NCBI GenBank assembly: GCA_039698075.1
Contig: JBDKTJ010000003.1
Span: 3,101 to 67,100 of the forward strand
Direction: 5' to 3'
Source of the DNA: Thermoguttaceae bacterium
Lineage (GTDB): Bacteria; Planctomycetota; Planctomycetia; Pirellulales; Thermoguttaceae
Length of the DNA stretch: 64,000 nt
In this document: positions 57,028 through 64,000 of the stretch, piece by piece
Layout: every line of letters starts with the position of its first letter
Numbering within the stretch: position 1 is the first letter of the stretch
Position numbers and translations under genes: made by a program
Notes under the pieces: model-generated
Database searches by the model: none
What the model was told of the DNA's origin: nothing
The model's input: only the letters and a program-made list of their open reading frames with translations

Positions 57028-58083
57028 TTGTTGTCCAAGGAATGGATTCCGATGTTTTGCGTCTTATCTGATTTCAACCACGATCGGCGGCAAGTCGCGT
57101 TGCGGCGCCGCGGGGCGAATCGCGTCTTCTTGTTCTCCTGCCTGGCCTTGTTGATCGGGCTTGGCGGAAAGACCAACGCGCAGACGTCGCCGTCGGCCGA
57201 GTCGCCTGACGCGCCCGTTCGATTGCCGTCGGTCGTTTCAAACAGCAATGATGCGGCGAACGTGGCCATCGCGGACGCGCGCGTCGCCGATTCCACGACG
57301 GAACATTGGTTCGACGGCAAGGAACCGTGGACGTGGCAACTGCTGCCGGATGGCCTGATGTATCCGTCCTATCTGGCCGGCAACAAAGAGCCGCGGCTGG
57401 GTTCTCAATGGGTCCATCTGCGAAATCGCGGATGGCAATGGGACCCGACGCTTGGCGGTCGCGTCGGACTGCTCCGATTCGGCACGATGGACAGCATCCT
57501 ACCCCAAGGTTGGCAATGGGACATTGAAGGCACCGCGTTGATCCGCATGAACATGGAGCACGACAACGACGTGGACCACGTGGACTATCGCGCCGGCGCG
57601 CCGCTGACCACCCGACAAGGTCCCTGGGAGTTCAAGTTCGGCTACTATCATCTGAGTTCCCACCTCGGCGACGAATACATGGCGCGCAACGACACGCTGG
57701 CGCGGATCAATTACGTGCGTGAGACGTTGGCGTTCGGCGCGGCGGTGCGCCCCACCGAGAACACCCGATTGTATTCGGAAGTGGGCTGGGCTTTTTACGT
57801 CGACGGAGGCGCCCAACCGTGGGAAATCCAATTCGGCATGGAGTTCAGTTCCACGAAACCGTCCGGGCGGCGCGGCGATCCCTTCTTCGCCGTGAATTGC
57901 CACCTGCACGAAGAGACCGACTTCAGCGGCAACTTGACCGTTCAGACGGGCTGGCAGTGGCGAGGCCGCTCCGGACACCTTTTCCGCATCGGCATGCAAT
58001 ATTTCAACGGTATGAGCGAACTTGCCCAATTCTACAACACGTTCGAGGAGCAAATCGGCCTCGGCGTGTGGTACGACTTTTGA
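57028..58083 (+). CDS. DUF1207-like outer-membrane beta-barrel protein
   Basis: Signal-like segment VFLFSCLALLIGLGGKTNAQ, alternating beta-strand pattern, aromatic C-terminus ...GLGVWYDF, and motif LLPDGLMYPSYLAGNKEPR. The start is uncertain, TTG 57028 or ATG 57052. Confidence 0.6.
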   Translation: MLSKEWIPMFCVLSDFNHDRRQVALRRRGANRVFLFSCLALLIGLGGKTNAQTSPSAESPDAPVRLPSVVSNSNDAANVAIADARVADSTTEHWFDGKEPWTWQLLPDGLMYPSYLAGNKEPRLGSQWVHLRNRGWQWDPTLGGRVGLLRFGTMDSILPQGWQWDIEGTALIRMNMEHDNDVDHVDYRAGAPLTTRQGPWEFKFGYYHLSSHLGDEYMARNDTLARINYVRETLAFGAAVRPTENTRLYSEVGWAFYVDGGAQPWEIQFGMEFSSTKPSGRRGDPFFAVNCHLHEETDFSGNLTVQTGWQWRGRSGHLFRIGMQYFNGMSELAQFYNTFEEQIGLGVWYDF

Positions 58084-58154
58084 AACTGATTTTTGAATCT
58101 GAATCGACGATCCTTTCGTGAATGTCACGAAGGCAATGACAAGGAGGTCATTCC

Positions 58155-59480
58155 ATGGCTCCATTCAAGTGGTGCGTGTGCGTCGTAATGATCGGCGCGG
58201 TCTCCAACGTGGCGATGTCGCAACAGGACGTTGCGCCCGTCGCGAATCGTGCGGCCCCCGCTCCACAACCGTCGGCCGACCAGACCGTTGCGCCAGGCGC
58301 AATGACACTGGCCGAATTGGAGGAGATGGCCTTGAGCCGCAATCCGGCGTTGTCGCAAGCCTCGCATTACATGGAAGCCGCCAAGGGCCGTCAACTTCAG
58401 GTCGGATTGTACCCCAACCCTACGGTCGGCTACCTCGGCTCCGAAATCGGCAATGAAGGCCGGGCCGGCCAGCAAGGAAGTTATGTGGGACAAGAGATCG
58501 TCACGGCCGGAAAACTCCGACTCCGGCGCGACGTCGTCGCCCAGGAGGTGCGTCAGGCCGAGTTCACTTGGCAATCGCAACGCCAACGATTGTTGACCGA
58601 CGTACGACGCAGTTTCTACGACGTGCTTGTCGCCCAACGCAAGATGGAGCTGACCGAACAATTGCTTCGCATCAGCGAGGAGGGCATGCACTCGACCGAA
58701 TCGCTGGTCCAAGCCAAAGAGGCCGCCCGGGCCGATGTCCTGCAAGCCAAGATCGAAGCGGAGTCCACGCGCGTTCTCTTGGAGCGATCGCGAAATCAAT
58801 ACGCCTCGGCCTGGCGCGGACTTGCGGCGGCGACCGGCTCGCCGAACATGCCGCCGCGGCCCTTGATGGGCGAAGCCTCGGACAACCTGCCGCATCTGAC
58901 GTGGGAAGAGACCTGCGAGCGGTTGCTTACGGATAGTCCGCAGATCGCCGCCGCGCAGGCCGGCGTCGCCCGCGCTCAGGCCGCGGTTCGACGGGAATAC
59001 GCCCAGCGGATTCCGAACATCGACACGCAGATGTCGGTGCAATACGACAACGCCACCCGGAATACGTTCGCCACGGTGCAGGCGGGCGTGCCGTTGCCGC
59101 TGTTCAATCGCAACCAAGGAAATATCCGCAGGACGGAAGCGGAACTGCTGGCGGCCCAAGAGAACGTGGAACGAGCCAAGCTCGACTTGCAGCGGCGGCT
59201 GGCGACCGTGTTCGAGCGGTACACGACCGCCCGCTATCAGGTCGAGAAATACAGCCGCGACATTTTGCCCAGCGCCAAAACCTCCCTCGATCTGGCCAAC
59301 CAAGGCTATCGCGAAGGCGAATACAACTATCTCTTCCTGTTGACGGCCCAACGGACTTTCTTCCAAGCGAATCTGGTTTATTTGGACGCCCTTCGGGAGC
59401 TTCGCAGCGCCGCGACCGCGATCGAAGGCAATCTGTTGAGCGACAGTCTTCAGGAACAAGAAGCCGCCGCGGCCGATTGA
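58155..59480 (+). CDS. TolC-family outer membrane efflux protein (CzcC-like)
   Basis: 441 aa with a signal peptide and two OEP repeats (LTLAELEEMALSRNPAL...; ...LLTDSPQIAAAQAGVARAQA...). Confidence 0.85.
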   Translation: MAPFKWCVCVVMIGAVSNVAMSQQDVAPVANRAAPAPQPSADQTVAPGAMTLAELEEMALSRNPALSQASHYMEAAKGRQLQVGLYPNPTVGYLGSEIGNEGRAGQQGSYVGQEIVTAGKLRLRRDVVAQEVRQAEFTWQSQRQRLLTDVRRSFYDVLVAQRKMELTEQLLRISEEGMHSTESLVQAKEAARADVLQAKIEAESTRVLLERSRNQYASAWRGLAAATGSPNMPPRPLMGEASDNLPHLTWEETCERLLTDSPQIAAAQAGVARAQAAVRREYAQRIPNIDTQMSVQYDNATRNTFATVQAGVPLPLFNRNQGNIRRTEAELLAAQENVERAKLDLQRRLATVFERYTTARYQVEKYSRDILPSAKTSLDLANQGYREGEYNYLFLLTAQRTFFQANLVYLDALRELRSAATAIEGNLLSDSLQEQEAAAAD

Positions 59481-59732
59481 CTGTCGGCGAACACCGCTAT
59501 AGTAAAAAAACGTTGAGACGTCGCGTCCACGCGTCATCAAGCAGCGAATTCGGGAAAGGCCAACGCGCCCCCTCGATCTAAGTAATTTCGCGTAACACCG
59601 GACGGCGGAGGCTGTCGCCCTTGCAAGCGGCATGGCGGACGATTTGACACGCCGCAACGCATCGGATACGCTGAGCGTTTTCGGCATCGTCGGAAATGCC
59701 ATCTTATCCGACAAAACGGGAGCCCGCCCCCC

Positions 59733-61574
59733 ATGCATCTTCAGTTGGTCGATTGGATCATCGTCGTCGCCTCCTTGTTGATTTGCTTTTTGCCCGCCCT
59801 GTTTTTCGGCAAACGGGCCGGCAAGGGGACCGCCGAGTTCTTCGCGTCGGGCCGATCCGTGCCGTGGTGGCTGGCCGGTCTTTCGATGGTGGCCACCACA
59901 TTCGCCAGCGACACGCCCAATCTGGTGACCGACATCGTGCGTCGTCAAGGCGTGGCGGGCAACTGGTGTTGGTGGGCCTTCGTGTTGACCGGCGTGTTGA
60001 CCGTGTTTTTCTACGCCGAGCTGTGGCGTCGCTCGGGCGTGATGACCGACTTGGAATTCTATGAAATCCGTTATTCGGGCAAGGCGGCCAGCGTGGTCCG
60101 CGGTTTTCGGGCCATCTACCTCGGATTCTTCTTCAATTGCATCATCATGGCCACGGTGAACTTGGCGGCCTGCAAGATCGCCGGCATTCTGTTCGGGTTT
60201 GAACGCTGGCAGACGTTGTTGTTCGTCGGCCTGCTGAACGTCGTGTTCGCCGCGCACTCGGGACTGTGGGGCGTGTTGGTGATCGACATGATCCAGTTCT
60301 TCATCAAGATGTCGGCGGTCATCGCGGCGGCCTATTTCGCGCTGCAACTGCCCGAGGTCGGCGGACTGCAAGGCATGGTGGAAAAACTATCCTCGCGCTC
60401 GGGCCCGGGCGGCATCAACTACCTGAACATGATGCCCGACTTCACCAACCACTGGGACATTGCCGTCGCGGTGTTCATTATGCCCATCGCGGTCCAGTGG
60501 TGGGCCGTGTGGTATCCCGGCTCCGAACCCGGCGGCGGCAGCTACATCGCGCAACGCATGCTGGCGTCCAAGTCGGAGCGAGACTCGCTGGGCAGCGTGC
60601 TGTTTTTCAACGTCGCCCACTTCTGCCTGCGTCCTTGGCCCTGGATTCTGGTGGGCCTCTGCTCGATTCTCGTATATCCCGAACTGAGCGACATCCAAAA
60701 AGCGTTTCCCCACCTCGATCCGACCCTGATCAACCACGACATCGCCTACCCGGCCATGTTGAAATTCTTGCCCGTCGGATGGATCGGCCTGATGGTCGCC
60801 GGACTGATCGCCGCCAATTCGTCGACGATCTTGACGCACCTGAACTGGGGCGCCTCGTACTTGGTCCACGACTTTTATCGCCGATTCCTCAATAAGACGG
60901 CGACCGAAAAGCACTACGTGGCCATCGGCCGTTGGGCCACCGTCGGCTTGTTCCTTTGCTCCGGCGCCCTGACGTTCGTATTGGGAAGCGCCAAGGACTG
61001 CTTCGATATCCTGTTGCAGGTCGGCGCCGGAACCGGCTTGCTCTATCTGTTGCGATGGTTCTGGTGGCGCATCAACGCCTGGTGCGAAATCGTCGCAATG
61101 CTCAGTTCGTTCGTCGCCTCGGTGGCGATCCTGATCATCAATCGCGCCGCGGCCGCCTCGTTGCCGGCTGTCGAGGCCGCAAAAGCCGCTCCGTTCATCT
61201 CGTCGCATGTCGCGCTGATCCTCACGATCATCCTGACGACGGCCTGCTGGGTGGCGGCGGCCTATCTGCTGCCGCAGACCGACGAAAAGACATTGATCGC
61301 GTTTTACCGAAAGGTGCGGCCCTTCGGCCCCGGCTGGAATCGCATCCAAAAACTCGCCCAACTCTCGCCCACGGAAGCCGTCGCGGCCGGCAACCTGAAC
61401 ATCCCCTTGGCCTTGACCGGATGGGTCTCCGGCTGCGTCACGATCTGGTCCTCGCTGTTCTGCATCGGCAACTGCCTTTACGGACGCATGGACTACGCTT
61501 GGGTTCTGGGCGGGTTCTTCGTGGTCAGCGGGACGGTGCTGATCTGCGTCGTCCAAAAGCTGTGGCGGAAGTAG
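59733..61574 (+). CDS. Sodium:solute symporter (SSS) family transporter
   Basis: 613 aa with about 13-14 TM segments. The N-terminal EFFASGRSVPWWLAGLSMVATTFASDTP is the SSF pattern. Confidence 0.85.
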   Translation: MHLQLVDWIIVVASLLICFLPALFFGKRAGKGTAEFFASGRSVPWWLAGLSMVATTFASDTPNLVTDIVRRQGVAGNWCWWAFVLTGVLTVFFYAELWRRSGVMTDLEFYEIRYSGKAASVVRGFRAIYLGFFFNCIIMATVNLAACKIAGILFGFERWQTLLFVGLLNVVFAAHSGLWGVLVIDMIQFFIKMSAVIAAAYFALQLPEVGGLQGMVEKLSSRSGPGGINYLNMMPDFTNHWDIAVAVFIMPIAVQWWAVWYPGSEPGGGSYIAQRMLASKSERDSLGSVLFFNVAHFCLRPWPWILVGLCSILVYPELSDIQKAFPHLDPTLINHDIAYPAMLKFLPVGWIGLMVAGLIAANSSTILTHLNWGASYLVHDFYRRFLNKTATEKHYVAIGRWATVGLFLCSGALTFVLGSAKDCFDILLQVGAGTGLLYLLRWFWWRINAWCEIVAMLSSFVASVAILIINRAAAASLPAVEAAKAAPFISSHVALILTIILTTACWVAAAYLLPQTDEKTLIAFYRKVRPFGPGWNRIQKLAQLSPTEAVAAGNLNIPLALTGWVSGCVTIWSSLFCIGNCLYGRMDYAWVLGGFFVVSGTVLICVVQKLWRK

Positions 61575-61642
61575 TCGTCTTTTGAATCTTCTGGACCGAG
61601 GGACGACCCGTCCCGCGACGACGCCAAACCAAGAACGTTCGA

Positions 61643-63082
61643 TTACCCGGCGGCCAGACGGCGTTCGACCTGACGGATGGCGTCGTCGACCGGCCAATAG
61701 CGCTCGGCCAAGTCCAACGTCCGGCCCGCGGCCATCCAGCCGTCGATCCGTTTTTGGGCCGACACCACGGTGCTGTGGCTGCGGTGGCCGAAGTAGCAGC
61801 CGATCTCGCTCAATGCGGCGCGCGTGTGCTTGCGGGCCAGCCACATGGCCAACATCCGCGGATGGCTGATCCGAGTCGCTTTCGCCTCCGACTGCAAACT
61901 GGCCGGCTCCAGCCCAAACACCTCGCAAACGGCCTTTTCGATGTCCGGCAACCGCACCACCCGGCCGTTCTGACGAATCAAATCGGCCAGCGACTCCTCG
62001 GCCATCGCCATGGAAATCGGACGCCCCAACGATTGGCCCACGGCCTTCAACCGGCAAAGCGCGCCCGACAGCTCCCGGGCGTGACCGGTGAATCGATTGG
62101 CCACGAACTGTTGCACTTCGACCGGCACATGCAGGCTCATGCGCCGCGCCATGTTGACAACGATTCCCAGCCGCGTGGCGTAGTCGGGCGATTCGATCCG
62201 GCAGACCAATCCGGCGCTAAGCCGCGTGGTCAACTCGGGCCCCAACTCGGCCAACTCGCCCGGCGAACGATCGGCCGAAAAAACCAATTGCCGCCCCTCG
62301 CGCAAAAATGCGTCGATCGTGTGGAGCAACTCGACCTGCGTGGCCCGCTTGCCGATGAAAAATTGCAAATCGTCGATCAACAACACCCCGACGCCGCGAT
62401 ACTTCCGCCGGAAATTGGGCAGCCCGCTGCCGCGCAGCGCCTCGAGAAACTGGCCCGTGAACTGCTCGGCCGAAAGATACAGCGCCGTCGAACGCGGACG
62501 CGACCGCCGCAAGGCCGACCAAATGCCCTCCAACAGATGCGTCTTGCCGACGCTCGTCGGACCGTGCAACACCAACGGCGTATGCTGACCCGGTTGACGC
62601 ACGACCATTTCGGCCGACGTGATCGCCAACCGATTCGACTCGCCCGCCACGAAGTCATTCAAGCAGGCAAAGCGACGGCGTTCTGTCGCGGGAACCTCGG
62701 CAATCGGCGCGGTCTGCGAATCCTGCGACGTTGGCGTCGCCAAACGCAAAACCGGTTTTGCGGCTTTGGGCGATTCGGAGACTGCGGAAGCCTTGGTCAT
62801 CGCGTGGGTGTCGTCTGCGGAGGATGTGGTTGTCGTGTCGAGTTGAAACTGAATCGTCGGGCAATCGCCGAACACTTCGCGGCAGGCGGTTTCGATGTGC
62901 CTGCGAAAGTTCGCGACAATCCACTCCAGGAAAAACTGACTGGGCGCGCCGACCCGCAACGACTGACCGTCGTAGTCCAAACGCGTGTTCGCGCCGAACC
63001 ACAAGTCAAATCGACGTTGTCCGACCCTGTCGGCCAGCGCGGTGCGCAAAGCCGACACGATTTCCCTATCGTCCCTGGTCAC
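61643..63082 (-). CDS. dnaA: Chromosomal replication initiator DnaA (GTG start)
   Basis: AAA+ Walker A GPTSVGKTHLL, Walker B LLIDDLQF, and a C-terminal DnaA-box binding domain ...ISHPRMLAMWLARKHTRAALSEIGCYFG-RSHSTV. Confidence 0.95.
   Translation of the reverse strand: MTRDDREIVSALRTALADRVGQRRFDLWFGANTRLDYDGQSLRVGAPSQFFLEWIVANFRRHIETACREVFGDCPTIQFQLDTTTTSSADDTHAMTKASAVSESPKAAKPVLRLATPTSQDSQTAPIAEVPATERRRFACLNDFVAGESNRLAITSAEMVVRQPGQHTPLVLHGPTSVGKTHLLEGIWSALRRSRPRSTALYLSAEQFTGQFLEALRGSGLPNFRRKYRGVGVLLIDDLQFFIGKRATQVELLHTIDAFLREGRQLVFSADRSPGELAELGPELTTRLSAGLVCRIESPDYATRLGIVVNMARRMSLHVPVEVQQFVANRFTGHARELSGALCRLKAVGQSLGRPISMAMAEESLADLIRQNGRVVRLPDIEKAVCEVFGLEPASLQSEAKATRISHPRMLAMWLARKHTRAALSEIGCYFGHRSHSTVVSAQKRIDGWMAAGRTLDLAERYWPVDDAIRQVERRLAAG

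Positions 63083-64000
<918 letters not shown>

Noticed and set aside
59477-59503. TTGACT-15-TATAGT promoter-like pair and a long leader upstream of the SSS transporter, considered as a promoter plus riboswitch
   Set aside because: The 15-nt spacing is short for sigma70. I could not recognise any known riboswitch core or a convincing conserved structure in the roughly 230-nt leader.
58125-60371. 748-aa minus-strand ORF spanning the TolC-like gene, the spacer and the start of the SSS transporter
   Set aside because: It is antisense to two supported genes, crosses an intergenic spacer, and has no motifs and GC-driven composition.

Overview
This is a high-GC (roughly 60-65% by eye) bacterial chromosomal window with dense coding on both strands. 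Gene content suggests a planctomycete (Pirellulales-like) genome: Bat/DUF58/DUF4159/DUF4175 cluster, PEP-CTERM protein, sulfotransferase, GT87, GxxExxY protein, and a dnaA that is not next to dnaN. That taxonomic guess is inference only. Order of content: mfd; a small housekeeping block (sugar-phosphate isomerase, rluD, TPR-like protein); a flagellar export/C-ring cluster (orphan kinase ATPase domain, fliFGHIJ, fliNOPQR, flhB, flhA, fliA) interrupted by a convergent sulfotransferase and a GT87 glycosyltransferase; NUDIX, pyrF, radical SAM, FabZ-like and trpD genes; a fused MacB-type ABC transporter; a Bat-like vWA/DUF58 cluster with DUF4159 and DUF4175 genes; an exported jelly-roll-like protein coupled to a radical SAM/SPASM enzyme; a polysaccharide-type locus (tandem GT4 fusion, NusG paralog, PEP-CTERM protein, YdcF-like protein); a heavy-metal RND efflux operon; an SSS transporter; and dnaA divergent from dnaK. 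I saw no rRNA, tRNA or CRISPR array. The observations most worth follow-up are: (1) a C-rich heptad motif (CTAATCC/CTAGCCC repeats) placed 4-10 nt upstream of start codons at five intra-operon junctions on both strands, once as a 17-bp hairpin; (2) a low-GC GxxExxY (PD-(D/E)XK-like) gene bracketed by about 50-nt inverted repeats inside an operon, plus a gene-less copy of the same repeat 8 kb away; (3) flhB lacking its C-terminal switch domain and flhF reduced to a 69-aa N-terminal piece; (4) an untracked 32-aa basic micro-ORF with an ANHGKRP motif resembling actinobacterial bL37; (5) a candidate small RNA with its own promoter and terminator. All family calls rest on motif recognition by eye and no database search was possible. 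Many long ORFs in the track are antisense or off-frame artefacts of the GC content and were not annotated.
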